Part shown: positions 14,001 to 28,667 of the stretch, piece by piece
Position numbering within the stretch: position 1 is the first letter of the stretch
Layout of the letters: each line of letters begins with the position of its first letter
NCBI GenBank assembly: GCA_000165425.1
Contig: CT868056.1
Coordinates: forward strand, 124,001 to 188,000
Source: Paramecium tetraurelia
Taxonomy: Eukaryota
DNA: 64,000 nt
Direction of reading: 5' to 3'
Notes under the pieces: generated by a model
Database searches by the model: none
What the model saw: the letters and a program-made list of their open reading frames with translations, nothing else
What the model was told of the DNA's origin: nothing
Program-made: the position numbers and the translations under genes

Positions 14001-15027
14001 TTGATAGATAGTAACCAAATAATTCTATTGCAAAATTAAAAACTATGAGTTAGCAAAAATCATGATGTTTTACGAAATGATTCCATTCAAATTGAAATGA
14101 TAACTACGATACACTATAAAATTCATATAGCAGGCTTAAATATGCCATAGATTCATATATATTTCGGAGTTCAATAAGATAATTAATTAATCACATTGCG
14201 AATTTTTGAGAAGACTGTTATAAAGCGTGAATGCTCTTATTTCAGCGTTTTAATTAAACATTGTCAAAATATTAAATTATCCATTTTCAGTGATATCTAT
14301 CTAAAACAAGGTTTCGCTGTTGCTTATGTAGACAAAATTTGAGTTGTTGGACCCTTGGGATGTGAGAAAATCTTAAAATCCCTATTGCCACGTTGATACA
14401 TTCTAATATGATAGATTTCTAGCTTTAAATAAAGTCAAAAGTTAATAGTCTTCAAAATACTAGCCATAAAGTATATAGTTTGATGGTTGAGTAAGCAATT
14501 AAAGTATTTTAGTTGATTTTGGTAGCTAGCTTTCATGTTGATAGATTCTCAATAGTGAATCATTTTGTAAATAAAATAAAAACAATTTATTATTATGATA
14601 GCAATCTAATAAAACTTTGTTTTCTAAAGTATAAAATACATTGAAGCAATGATACTCAATTTAGCCAATCTTATATGATTTATATAAATTAAATTAATCA
14701 CCATCCCAACCATATGTAATAACCTCTTGATTTTTTGTTATTGTTACAAAATTAGTGTTGTTTAAATTAGAAGATATTGATTTAAATAGATGTTCTAATA
14801 TTAACCAAAATATTATTACTGCTTTCAAATTTATTTCCAATTTAATTTAAAGTGTTCTATAACTGTACTCCATATGGGCATCCTCTGCATTCATAAGTTA
14901 TATTTTCGCCAATAAAAAGACTTTCCATATATATCCTATAATACTCCCCTTCTGTTGGGAATATATTTTCTTACTCTCTTATAATCTTGCATGCCAATAT
15001 ATATGAAATATAAAAAATAATTATCAT
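11028..15027 (-). CDS. Large type I membrane protein (signal peptide, ~1300 aa ectodomain, C-terminal TM helix)
   Basis: N-terminus MIIIFYISYILAC; C-terminal WVYGLISIVGFCLIIAIYIYWKK then short tail to TGA 11028; internal intron(s) not resolved. Confidence 0.75.
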
Positions 15028-15976
15028 TTTAAAAATTAATACTTTAGTTTACTTTAAATACATAAACAACTAAAAATAATTTGATGGAATATTATCACTT
15101 ATAGATTATTTCCTTATAATCAATAGGAAAAGTACCCTGCATAATTATTGAAGTTTGATAAAGAAGATATTATAATTTTTGCATTTCTACTTAAATTTAA
15201 TTAATTCTAAAGTAAGATATCTTTCCATTGTATAGATAATAATTGATTATCTTCAAGATAACCTAAAATTTCTATTATTTGCTTGTAATCAAACAGACTA
15301 ATGGAATAATTTAAATGTAAAATCTATTAGATTTCAATCAATATGCCTCAAGAATATTTTATTCAAATTTGGATTGGCTCTCAACAATATTTGAGGTTAA
15401 TTAAATATATCCATTAAATTACTTTATTTCCTACTAATATTATTTATTGTATGAGAAATCCGTTTAAAAATTAAAAATGATTTTCTATTCTGATTAACAT
15501 GTTGAAATTGAATGGCAAAATACCTCATTTGATTTTCGAGTTATCTAATAAGTCATATTTAGGTTTGAAATCCTAATTGAGAAGCATATGAAACTATTAT
15601 TTAAGGAATTAAAAAATTTATTGAAAATTAATTCTTTTTCGAGATGATAGTATGGAATGTAGTTAAATAATTATTTATCTTTTGCCAATTGTTATTTTTT
15701 CGCTTAGTAATAGAAAATTAATAATTAAAATATGAGAACATATATGAAGAGAACAATTCTTTTTATTAATTAAAATAGTAACAAACTATAGATTAGTTAA
15801 ATTGTGAATGAATCAGTCCTTAAAACATGAATTAATTTGTGTAATAATGAATAGTATGCAAATATATTATTTAAACCTTAAAAATTTACGAATAATTCTT
15901 TTATTATTGTGTTTGAAACTCAGATGAATTGATTAATCTATAATTAATAATAATAAAAAACAAAAAACAAGCTAAT

Positions 15977-16898
15977 ATGTCCACAATAGAGAAGCAAATC
16001 TAGAAGTAAAGAAAACTCAGCCATGAATTCGAATAAACATACAATTCTACAGAAATCCATTCAAATTTATCTTTCTTTGATGAGGAGAGAAGTTAAGATT
16101 TTGACGATGATAGCTCATTAATAGAAGAAGACTTTTAAGAATAATGGGAAATGTCATCAATTTGTACAGAGAATGTACCTTATACTTTTAAAAATATTTA
16201 GTCCTTAAATCCACAATCCATAGAAGAAAATCCAACAAATAAGAGATTTAGAAAAAACCTTACTCCGAAATAAGCATTGAAAAGAGGGGGCTCTGAAGGA
16301 GAAAGTATTTTTGTTGAAGCTTCTGACAGCACAAGAAAAAATACCAATTCTGGCAAGGGCATTGCCATTGACGTGCTTGGACATGGATCCATAGGTACCT
16401 AGAGCAAGAAGGTTTAAAAATCGTAAAAATTACTCAATAAATAACTTCAATGCAATAATAATAATAATATTAATATTAATAACAGTAATAATAGTTGGCA
16501 ACAATAACCATACAATCAGTATCAAAACTATAATTCTTAAAGCTAGTCATAGCAAGAACAACAATAATAAAGAGGCTCAGCATAAGATGACAAGTAAATT
16601 AAATAGACTTAAAAAATAACACTTTCCTATTTGTTAATGGAGAGAGAAATAGAAAAATAAGCCAGAATAAGAGCGCTCAATTTTATAGAGAAATACATGG
16701 CAAAATGTAATGTGGATGATGTTCTTCAAATGATTTCAGAAACCTATAAAATAATGTTAATACCAGATCAGTAGCTGTAATAGCTTGTAGCTGTATTGAA
16801 TTAATAAGAAAGGCAACTTTAATTAAACTAATCTTTACTGCGCTTGCGTTTACCTCATAATTCACATCCACTAGCCTCGAAGGCTTAAGATAAGTTGA
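15977..16898 (+). CDS. Hypothetical protein with acidic N-terminus and Q-rich middle
   Basis: Code-6 ORF with intron ~16175-16201; poly-Q encoded by TAA/TAG/CAA; TGA 16896-16898. Confidence 0.7.
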
Positions 16899-17329
16899 GG
16901 AAATACTTCATACATTGTTGAGAACCAGTAAAAATGATTTGCAAGGAAGAATGAGAGATTTATTCGCATTATAGAAAATCTAATCTTTAAAATATTTTAT
17001 AAAAAGTAATCTTTCTCCATTGATAGCCCATTCATCCATATTTTAATTGACTTCAATTGAATATGAATTATTATCTTACCTTTTACTCTTTTTCATTATT
17101 TTTGCATTAAAATCCTTATGTCATTTTTCAAATAACATCCTAAGAATTAGTTTAATGGTGAAAATAATATGATTTTTCAATCATCCCTATGGATATGAAG
17201 ATCGTTTACTAATTCACTTGTTATTTTTACATTTACACTAATACTATAATTTAGAATATTAATTAGAGTAAAATAGATTTTATCAAATAATATATTTTTC
17301 TTAAGTAATATTGCTTAATGCAACATGTT

Positions 17330-18027
17330 CAAACAATTGTATAAAAATATTACTACATTTCTTTAAAAATTTATTTGCATGTTAATATGAATTAATTTTC
17401 ATATGTAAACTATTTAATATCACATTTCCTCTAATAATACGTAATTACTTAACCTAATCTTGAATTTTCCAGGGGCTTAGCCCAAAAATACATAAATCTA
17501 TTTTTAACTTTTTGTTGTATCAGGATCTAAATGGAGTTCAAGTTTTGTGGTTGAGGCCTTGGTTTTTAATATTTTACAGCCATACTCACTCTTCACATAT
17601 GCTGTAAATTCCAATAGTTATGATTTTGGCAATACTATTAGAATTAAAAGATTAATTTAATACAATTCTTTATGCTAAAGTGATACACATCTACTTTATT
17701 GGGATCATTTTAAGGGTTTTTATTACTTTCATTTTAAAGGGGTTTCTCTCTTTAAATTTCTTTTTCTCTTTATTCTTTTTCTTTTTATTCTTTTTCTTTT
17801 TATTCTCTTCTTTCTCTATCTTTATTCATTTAAATTTTGTCTAATTCTATTTAATATTGAATAATTTCGATTTAGTAATCCCCAAAATGATAGCTTTTGC
17901 AATCTCTCTTCATTTCCTTTTCTTCCTCATAAAATTGAATGTTCGATCTGAATAGAGCTGGAGGAAGTAGGCCTTCATAAATCTTCTTTATTAACTCTTC
18001 AGTTCCTCCCAACCTTTGTTCTTGCAT
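17330..18027 (-). CDS. Hypothetical protein with EQKEK repeats (3' end approximate)
   Basis: ATG 18027, MQEQRLGGTEELIKKIYEGLLPPALFRSN..., charged repeat segment. Confidence 0.55.
17760..17812. repeat. 15-bp coding tandem repeat (~3 copies, EQKEK)
   Basis: tttattctttttctt unit repeated. Confidence 0.7.
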
Positions 18028-18177
18028 AAAATTATTCATAAATTTTTATATAAATTATTAATATTTAAATCAATTCATATTAATTTGACATTAGTCTTGG
18101 TTAATAGAATTCAACTTTAAATCATATGAATGAATTAATTGACTATATCATTTTATTTATTAATTATCATAATTATA

Positions 18178-20990
18178 ATGCCCATGTAATCAATAATTAT
18201 AAATATACAATAATTGTACTTATAACGATTTACAATGTATATACCAATCGTATATAATTTAATGTAATTTAATTGGATTTTAATAAAGTTTCATTCAATA
18301 AATGCACTCAATATCGTTTTGGGTTTAATACTTTATTTATAAGATATCACTTAATTGGGATCTCTGATATTGTTGATGCTAAATATAACAGTAATGTTGA
18401 CTGGGACTTTGATTTTGAGAAGGAAATTAATAGATTAAAATCAATTACAACAACTCATACTTGCAATACTAAGTGTTCATATATCCTATTGTTGCTTTCT
18501 CAATCGTTAATTAAATGCGAGCAGCTATTTGCTGCTTAAATTTCAAGAGGCCTATATAATCAAAAAATAGTCAAGAATAAGAAGCATTTTATATCACATC
18601 GTCTACAATTCAGTTTTATTTTCTTTATTAATATTTCACAGCGAAAGCATCATTCTATACATTTTGGCTTTCTACTCCACTTTACTTATGATTCCAAATA
18701 ATAAATCAAATTTTTAACTGCAAAACCAAGATTTTGAGTTACCTTTACATTTAAGTAAGCCGACGACTCAAAGAAATTCAGAAGTAATGAACATCGTACA
18801 AGATACCATAAGCAATTCATGGATGATTAAGTTATAAAACATTCCAGTAGGAATCATGATAGTAAAAAAGGAGAACTTGTAAATAATGTTTAAAAATTAA
18901 TCCCTTTTATAAATTCTTGAAGGAATTACAGATGTTGAATCTTATTTAATGAATGAACTCTAATTTCAATTACAGGTGAAGAGAGTGAGGAAGCAAGTTA
19001 GAGAATCCAGTATCAAACAGTCGAAACAACTAAATAAAATACAAAGCAATAGTTTTCCTCAGTTTTAAAGCTAGAAGAAGATCCCAAGTCAATAGAAGAT
19101 ATCAAATACCTTGAAAAGTATTCTTGCAGAATTGTAGAATGGAAAACTGGATCAGATTTACTAAAAGGAGAATCATTTAGAATTGGTAGGACAAATCTCT
19201 AAACAGAAGTAATCATAACTATTTGAAGATGACAACATCCGTAAGATTTAATGCAAGGTCTTTTGTGGCTAAAATGACCAGGAATATTTCATAATAGTGG
19301 ATGACATCTCATTATAAAGTTATTTGTAGAAATTAGAAACGAGAGAAAAATTCTAAGTTCGCATCATCGATTCTTTTTCTCATGAATTGCGAACACCATT
19401 GAATAGTGCTAAACTATTCCTAGAAGCTCTCTTAAATGATCCTAAACTTCAAGATCACTATAAAACTAATTGTATTGAGCCAGCAGCAAATGCATTAAAG
19501 TTATAAGCTTATTTAATTAGAGATATTATAGATTTCACTCAATATCATTCACATTTGATTAAGTATAACATTTAAGAATTCAATTTTGAAAATATCATCT
19601 AAGAAGTCAATGATATATTTAAACCAATTTGTTTAATCAAAAACTTAGGATTGCGTATTAATGTTAAGAATTCAGTTCCACCTTTAATAAACTCTGACTT
19701 TGATAGAATCATGTAGATTATAGTGAATATTATATCGAATTCAATTAAATATTCCGAGAGAGGATTAATAATTTTGGAAATATCTTGTTATGAAAAGGCT
19801 TTGACTTTTTGTGTCAAGGATCAAGGAGTAGGAATTCCCTAAAACAAATTATAAAAAATTTAAAAGTTTCTAAAGTCATATAATTCAAGTAGAGATGTCT
19901 CAAGTTAGGATGAATGGGAAGGGTTTGGATTACTGGTTAGTCAGATGAATTTACTTAAATTAGCCCCTTAGAATAAAAGTCAATTAAGAATAACATCCCG
20001 TGGTTAAGCAGAAGGATGTTAAGTGACTTTTAAAATAAGAACCACTTAATCTACAAATACTTAACTTTTGAGAGGAAACACTTTTTAAAGAACGAGTTTG
20101 AAATGTGCCTTTACTGTGCCTGATCTATGTATGGGAATCTAAGGAATTCTAATAATAAATAATCCCAAATAATATAATTCAATCATTGACAATTCTATTT
20201 AGTAAATTCCAATTCGATAACAACACTCTGTGGCTAATTATTTCAAACCTCAATAGTCAACAGGTGCGTTAAATCAAAGTGTTTTTTAAGAGACAGATCT
20301 CATCGATGATTAAGATACCGACAGAGGTAATCCTGAGGAATAGTTATTAAAATTAAATAGTCTAAGCAAGAGTTCCAATTTAATTATAACAAACTCTAAT
20401 ACCAAAGAAAAATAGAGTAAAAAGCGAAAGCAGTCCTCATTTAGTATATCTGATTTAGATGCATCTTCTAGTAACAGACCCAACACCCTTATATCTAGAT
20501 TGATTTAAAGAGAAGAACAAGAGATTGAAATGGAAGAACAGTTCCAAAATTTAAGATTTGCTTGTAAGTGCTCTCGTATTTTGAGCGTAGACGATGACAT
20601 CTTCAATCAGAAAGCCTTGCAAGTGATAGTTAGTCAGATGGGTTTTCGATTGTAAATAGTATGTAATTCAGATATATTTAGGCGTACAATGGATAATAAG
20701 CAATAGAAGTGATTCAAAAGACAGAGAAATGTTCTGAAGCTTGTTAATTATTTTATTTTATTTTAATGGATTGTTAGATGCCAATAATGGATGGCTGGAC
20801 AACCACGAAGGTGTTGATGGACATGATTAGATAGAATATTATTCCAGATATACCCATAATTGGATTGACAGCCTTTAATTCAACTGAAGATATTGAGAGA
20901 TGTCTAGATGTTGGAATGAGGGAAGTCTTCACAAAACCTTTGAATATCAATTCTCTTAAACAGGTATTACTTAAACTAATTAATCGATGA
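18178..20990 (+). CDS. Membrane-bound hybrid histidine kinase (TM region - HisKA - HATPase - receiver)
   Basis: H-box SFSHELRTPLN, N-box QIIVNIISNSIKYS, G1 VKDQGVGIP, G2 EGFGL; receiver ILSVDDDIFNQ, ILMDCQMPIMDG, IIGLTA, FTKP; intron ~20659-20681. Confidence 0.92.
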
Positions 20991-21075
20991 TCTTATATAT
21001 ACAATCTTACTATAAATGAATCAATTGTAATCATAATTTATTGTGAACTCATTCTAATAATTATTATCCGTTAAT

Positions 21076-23411
21076 ATGAGTTTCAGAGATTTAGAAAATC
21101 CAGAATAGGCAGTCTTTATATCCCAAGATATGCTAAACGAATCCTTTTCCTAAATGTCCCAAGAGCAAAATGCTGAATAACAATAAGAATTTGCTAACAA
21201 TAATGAGAACTACCCTCAATTTAGTCAGACCCAGAATTCCCACATCCTATCCGAGATAATCAATACTCCATCTCAACCAAAATTGCAGACTAAAAAATCC
21301 ATATTGCTTCCTCAATCAGGTGGGCTATTTTCATATTTAATTGACAATCAGAGCAGAATTTATGACATCTTTTAAAATTTCATGCACCGATTATTTCAAT
21401 ACTACTTCATCAAGAAAGGGATGGATCAGAATATCGTATAAAACTACATCGATTTGTAAGCAGTCAAAAGGAAACTCAATTATGTTCAATAAGTGTATAA
21501 CTAAACCTTTTGCGCTTTGAAAAATAGCATCCAATATTATTAAGATAAGATCTTGATATTGACATCAGAAATAGATAAAGAGGATCCTTATTCCTTATTA
21601 ACTCAACATGAAATTGATCTTAGAAGAGGACTACATGATTTCTATCAATTTATAGATTCAGAGGACCTACTCACATCCAGTAAAGGCATGGGAGGAAGCC
21701 AAAATATGTATCTATTTAAATATAACCACACTTAGAAGTCAATATAAAACAATTTAAATAGAAGTGTTCAATCCAGCTGACTTGAATTCTCTAGACAAAG
21801 TTGCTTAGTTTGTATTAAACAGCATCGAACTAGAATAAATTAACATCACTCCTATACAACTATTGAATGATGATTTGTCATTGAATTTACTCAAAGTTAC
21901 AATGCAATTGTTACAAATATGGCAACATTTATTTAGATTTTTGAACCAAAATGATGTGACCAATATTCAATTCAATTACGAAGTTGATCAAGTCAATCAC
22001 AATGCTGCAATTGTTGCCGCATAGACCTTCTTGTTGGTTCCTTTGGATATCTCAAATAAGATTCTGAAAGGCCAATATAAGGAACTCACAAATTATCATC
22101 TCAATTCCAATAACAAGTTGCCACTCAAAGAGGAGTATGAAAAGAAAAGAGAAGAAAAGAGTTAGGCTAAATTATAGAATACACTTCATTTTGATAAATC
22201 AGAAAACATCATCAAAATAGCTGATGATGCATTAACAAATGAGGCTGAGAATTTTTCATTTTCAAATGCTGAGCATTCCTTAATGGAAGAATAATCTGAC
22301 TAGTAGTAAACGATTCAAAAATATAATCATAAATATTAATTAAATTCAGAATAATATAAATAAACAATATTAGATCAGGCAGTTGAGTTGAGTTTCAAAG
22401 GCAAAATAAATGAATCCCATTTACTGGACATTCAGCCTCCAAAACATAGATCCTATATTGCTGAAAGTGGTTAATAAATATTAAGAATAACACCAATTAC
22501 TATATGCACTTTGAATTGTTTAAAACCAAATGTAGAATTTAATCATGTCAATTATTTCACTGATCCTCAAAAAGAGTTTTTACACTACTTTAAACCCAAT
22601 ACAAAGTTTTTCTTTTAATGGTAGATCGATGCTGAGAACGTTTAAAAGATAGTTTGCGATGTAGAATACTAATTTACTAATGAATTGATTTCCTTTGCAA
22701 CCAAAGAAGGAATCATATTTCTATTCAATCCATTTTCCAAGGCTGCAGATAATGCATTCTATAGATACAATGAACTAAGCTCTATACTTTAAGCTCTGCC
22801 TAATATGATCGAGAAAAGAAGAAATTTCAGAGTTGCTCAAGTAGGGCATTACATTTATCTGATTGGTGGAGAGAATCAAAATAATCAGGTAACCAATACT
22901 TGCGAAAGGTTTAGTCTAAAAACATTAGAATGGTAAAAGATCAAGTCTTTCTAAACTCCTTTAACCAAAGTCAATCTTGTTGTTTTCCAACAAAGATATT
23001 TGGTTAGATTTGGAGGTTTGAATCGCTTCGATCATTTTGATAAAACTGTAGAAAAGTAAGTTAGAAATTTACAATTATAGGTATGATACAAAACGACATA
23101 AGTGGTATCCAATAAAATTGACTAGTGGACAAGATTAAATATTCAAGTTGAATAGTGTTTGTCTGTAAATCAATTCTAATTCAATTTTAATATTTGGAGG
23201 ATAAAATGAAAATGATCACAGCGACGCAACAATACAACTACTTACTATTGATGAGGTTGATAGGAAGAAGAATGAATATGCGGCGCATCTTTAAGAACTA
23301 AATGTACAATAATAATTACTATCATTCATTGGACAATATGATTTAAATGTTTACTACTAACACGACAGAATACACTTATTTAGAAAAAACTACAGTTCAT
23401 TATTATTGTGA
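21076..23411 (+). CDS. Protein with C-terminal Kelch repeats
   Basis: IYLIGGEN..CERF, LVRFGGLN..VE, ILIFGGQN motifs; intron 23056-23080. Confidence 0.8.
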
Positions 23412-24269
23412 GAAATTTAAATATTGGAATATATTTATTATATTAATTATAAAACATATATATCTGTCTTTGTTTATTCATATTTTAAATATTATTAGTG
23501 GCTGAATTAGATCATTATTTTTGTAATATAAATCTTATTAATAAACAAGTGATTTAATTTAAAATTAAACTTCTTGTATTTTTAAACATTCAGATGATGA
23601 GGCTCTTTTGAGTCTAAGAAATTATAACCAAACTTGATTGATAACATTATTATTAGATAAAGTAAGTACCAAAAAAAATTGATGATATGCAAACAATTTA
23701 TAAAAAATCTTAAAATCCTAGGACACAACCAAAAAAGAAGCTAAATGTCTAAAATGTCTATAAAAAGAAAAACATATAAGACTTCTAAAAATAATGAAAT
23801 TTATACATTTTTAATACTTTTAGTCTGAATTAAAATAATTTCGGAACACAAAAATTACAAAGACTATTTTGTATTTTTTCTTAATTTTTATTTTTACTTA
23901 AACATGATTTCAAATTATTTATATACACATACAAAGTAAAGCATCCTTTATTCTTAAGTAAATTACAAAGGAGACAAATATAATATAGATAAAGATATTA
24001 ATTTTAATCAATATATTATCAATTAAATTCAGGTTTTTCTTGACTATCAATACTTAGTGTTGCATGAGAAACAAAATTTAAAAATATTGCTACTTGTAGA
24101 GATGTAGCTGGTACTTTAAGCAAATATTTATTTCATATGTAAAGGCTTAAATTATAATATAAATTAATATTGTCTTATGTAAAATATTGATATAAGTATA
24201 TAAAATTATTCTTAGGGATTTTTAAATACTGGTTATTCTTTTTAATATCGAAATCAATAATTCCGTTTT

Positions 24270-25250
24270 TAATGATCTCTATGATACAAAATCTGCTTTT
24301 AAATATTCTCTTATAAACAATTGATTATTTATAAGTAATATATAAATTACATGAGTTTAATTGCTCTTTTCAAAAATTGCTATGAACATTTTAAAGGAAA
24401 GTTCTAAAAGAATTACATTCCAGCTCAGACACCAAAAATTATTTATTTAGAAGAAAGTATTGGTTTTAGATTTAGATGAAACATTAGTACATCTGAATTC
24501 AAGGAAAATGAAAATTTTTAACATGAAGCTATTCTTAAAGTCATACACAGAGGATTAGAATACAAAGTATATTGAAAGTTCGACCCTACCTAAATCAGTT
24601 TTTATTAGAAGCAAGCAAAGATTATGAAATTTTCATTTTTATAGCAGGCTATGAAGATTATTGTTAAGAAGTATTAGGTTTTATTGATAAAAAAAAATAA
24701 TTACTGACTATTTTGCAAGAGGAAGCTGTCACTTTATAGATGGGATTTGTTATAAAGATTTATTATTAATCGATAGGCCTATGGAAGATATAATATTCAT
24801 TGATGTAAATAAAAAAATTATATTTAGAATAATCCAAATGCTTTTATAAAGTACCAGAATAATGGATTGTTAATTCCATCATTTCTAGACTCAAATGATG
24901 ATGATTGCCTTTTAAAATTACTTTTATTTTTAAAATATATGGCTAAAAAAATAGATGTGAGGCCAGTGGAATAATATCTAAGAAATTATGAAGATAAGAT
25001 CGGTACAACAGTATTCAGCGAAGCCAAAAAGTCAATATAGTTAGAACAAGAAGAACCAGACGAAGATACATTAAGTGAAGGAAAGGTTGTAAAAAGAGAT
25101 TAAGAAGTTACAGATTTAGATATCAAAAATAAAAAATCCCAAACTCAATAAGAAATTGCTAACAAGGTCAAAAGTAAAATAAGAAGTGCCACCTTTATTT
25201 TCCAGTTCACACATTAAGTGATTTATAACTTTTTGATTGTCTTTGACTAC
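24270..25250 (+). pseudogene. Frameshifted CTD small phosphatase (NIF/FCP1-SCP HAD family) pseudogene; ends approximate
   Basis: KVLVLDLDETLVH, KVRPYLNQFL, YKDL, IIFID/NNP motifs split over different frames by at least three 1-nt indels; conserved FTA reads FIA. Confidence 0.75.
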
Positions 25251-25405
25251 CATTTATATGTCATTAATCCTTAGATAATCTAACTTTCAAATGGCTTTGA
25301 TTTTTGTTTAATTAAATATATTATTTTTTAATTTAAATATTAAGTTAATATTGCCTTATATAGAAAAAATTAATCATTTCTAATTTGAATTGGATAGCCT
25401 TCAAT

Positions 25406-26364
25406 TCATATGTAATCTTAAAAGGACTTTTAATATAGGGGGCTTAGGTTTGAATATTAACTGTCCTGATTTTCTTATTAACTTCTGATTGGTAGTGGAG
25501 AATTTACTAAATATAGTAATTTTAATAACTTACATTAATTAGGGCTAAATGTTGATAAGTTTTTCTTCATTGAATAGTTGAGTTATTGTTACATCATTCT
25601 AAGAATTGGTGATAGTGATTCCATTTATTAAGTTTGTGATAATGAGGGCTCAAACTCTATCTTAACATTAGTTTTAAATAAATCCTATTCATTGTTGTTT
25701 TCTTTGATGCTTGTATCTTGTTATTTTAGAAAGAAGCTTAGCAAATAGCTGAGTCTATCTATTTTCGCATCCAATGATTATCTTGACAAGCTTAATTAAG
25801 ACCATATTGAGTTATGTTGTTCCATAATAATCTAATTTTATTCACTTATCGCTTTGAAATCATTTTCAAATTAGTGCTACCTTTACTTTAAGAATGTCAA
25901 TTCTTATTCCATTTGTTGTTCAAATTCTACCTCTGTAGATTCAACTTTTGCATTCTTCTTGTCTTTCTTTAGTAAGACCTTTTATTTAATTGGATTTCTT
26001 TTAATTAGAGATAATTGCTTCCTATTTTTATAATTATGAAATACTTGCATCCTTTTTTGAAATTTGGATGGGTAAATATTTCGTGATTCTCTGAATTGCG
26101 TGCTTTTTGGAACTCATACATATTTAATTGTCTTAAAAAAGATTAGTAGTGATTGTGTTTGAAATATTGTGGTAGGATCTGGGATTCCATTTCTTTAGGA
26201 TTCACAACGATTAAGTATTCACCATCATCACTCCACTTAATTATTGTTTAAAATTACGGAGTGCTCTTTATGGTATTATCATATTAAAATACTTATTCGT
26301 CAAGCATATCATAAAGCTTTATGATAAATGCGGGGGTAGAGAAGGGTCCTTATTGATTAGTCAT
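25406..26364 (-). CDS. HSF-type DNA-binding transcription factor
   Basis: PAFIIKLYDML..IIKWSDDG..ILPQYFKHNHYQSFLRQLNMYEFQK..FTHPNFKKG, followed by coiled coil; two short introns. Confidence 0.92.
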
Positions 26365-27152
26365 TAAGAATTGAAGATATTGTTCTTTTTATATCTTATA
26401 AATTATATTTTGAAAATAAAATAATAATAACCATTCAATTATTAATCTTTCTTAGCCTTTTATGAGCTAATATTTATTAATGCATTTTTTAATGGCTTAA
26501 ATAGGCGAGTATAACCTTGAAAAAATGAAAGTAATCGTGAAAAATAGCAGTAACTGAAAGTAAAAATTAGTTTTGAAAACAACAATAATCTACAATTTTT
26601 AGAAATTTGGTATTCCTCATTTACTGAATTTCTTGACTTTCAACATATATATGTTAGTTAGATCGGAATTTATTTTTCTGAAAATAAATTAGAAATACAT
26701 TTCAAAAGATAAACTTATATTATTTTTATTTTGTGATTGGTTTGAATTTAATTATTGAATATTAGTCAATGGGTCAATTCTGTATAATCCTTTGTTCCAA
26801 CTTTTTATTTTGTGTAAAAAATTGCAAAATATTAAAACCCTATCCAAAAATGCTTAAAATATTTGGGAAATCATTTTTATCATCAATTGTTGTTCTTGAT
26901 TAAAAGAACGCCTTAAAGACATTATAGAAATAAATATATCAAAAAGAGAAAAATTATTAATATAATTTTTGTGTACAAAATTTAATACTAAGTACAAAGA
27001 TCTTGTGTACTTGTTACTTAGTTTAAAATCTTTAAAATTTAAAGGGAACTTAATGTTAGTATCAAAAATATCAGAAACCTATCATTAAACATGATTCAAT
27101 ATAAATATATACATAGTTCTATTATTATTTTTTAGATATTAAACATTTTGCA

Positions 27153-28627
27153 ATGAATATCAAAATTACTATGACTTTGCTATTTCATCTAGTCTATTTT
27201 GTAATCTTTATAGATTCATTTTTGGAAACTTTATATATGGGCATTTTCCTTTTTAGGGGACAATATACTTAAAGACAATAAACTTAAACCTTTTATGTTA
27301 TATTGACAGCTTTAAAATTTATTTTTTCAGCTCTTATAGGTTTTATAATAGATCATGTGCAATATACATACAATTTGCTATTTGGAAGTTAAATATTGAT
27401 TTTGTTATCCTACTTCTTTTATTTGGTATTCGTTGTGAAATCTGTTTAAGAACAATATTCAGGTGATTACTTGTACTTTGCTAATGGATTTCTAATTTTG
27501 GGTTAATAGATGGCAGCAATCATTATATTAACTCTGATTTCTAAGCACTACCAGAGGAATGATGTTCCGTATTAGATAGCAAATTTGCAAATTTATAGCT
27601 ATTCTGGATAAATATTTTGTTCTTTGATATTTTTGGTAGTAGGATTAATCTTATATAATTCAATAGAAAAATATTCGTTTTAAACACTTATAGAAATATA
27701 CAAGGATACCATCATAATTTTATCAATAATTCCTTTAATTATATTATTGACCCTTATGATATTTCTCTATAAAACATTTATATATTTTAAATAAGAGGCT
27801 GAAGAGTTAATGCCTGAAATTAAAAAGATTCCCATTCAGCAGAAGGGAAACTTACTCTAAGCCATAAAAAATATTTTCAAAACTGACAGCGCTTGGGTTG
27901 CCTTATCAGCAGGAATTATCTTGGGAATCATAAATATTTGGTTAGAATAATACTAACAAAGTTATGTGTAATCCTTATTATCAGATTTATCTAATGTTAA
28001 AATTTATTAGATTTTCGGTAATTACTTAATCATTGAATTACCCACAATCATAAGTAAAGATACTAGTAAATCTAGGTTTGAGTTTGGTTTAAGTAATTGT
28101 AAAAAACTTTGAAATTGAATCAATTTCTCTTTAAGCATTAATCGACAAGGCCATAGATTCGTTTGTTCTATTTTTACTATCAATTTTATTTGCAACTTGT
28201 TTCGATGAAAAAGAATCTGGCAGTGGTGGAAAAAGCATAATATTCCTAATTATTGAGATATTTTAACAATACTGTTTAACAGTAATAGCCGTATTAAATT
28301 ATAAAAGTTAATTAGATTTCTGGTGCCAGTATAATAGGCATACAGAAATAAAATTATAGGAACTAAGGCTTAACCTTTGGAATGCTGTGGATGATTTAGA
28401 ATGGATTTGCAGTTTGGGTTGTTCTGGCAATTTGTTTTGGCTAGGAGGCATAAAATGGCATTATCTATGGATTTGCATTTGGATATTCTTTAATCAGCAT
28501 AATATCTAGCAAGATGCTTTAGTTTGACAAACAAGTGAATAAATTAGGCCATAGAGTAGCCAACGTAGAAGTACAAATAAAAAACGATGAACCACAAGAT
28601 GAACCATAAGAAGTAGCATAATCATGA
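27153..28627 (+). CDS. MFS-like multi-pass membrane transporter (paralog of 9293-10749)
   Basis: ALIGFIIDHVQYTY, DYLYFANGFLILGQQ, TLISKHY; 22-nt intron ~28054-28075; TGA 28625-28627. Confidence 0.75.
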
Positions 28628-28667
28628 AACCATATAAATAATGATATTATTTTAAATCTTAAATTTG

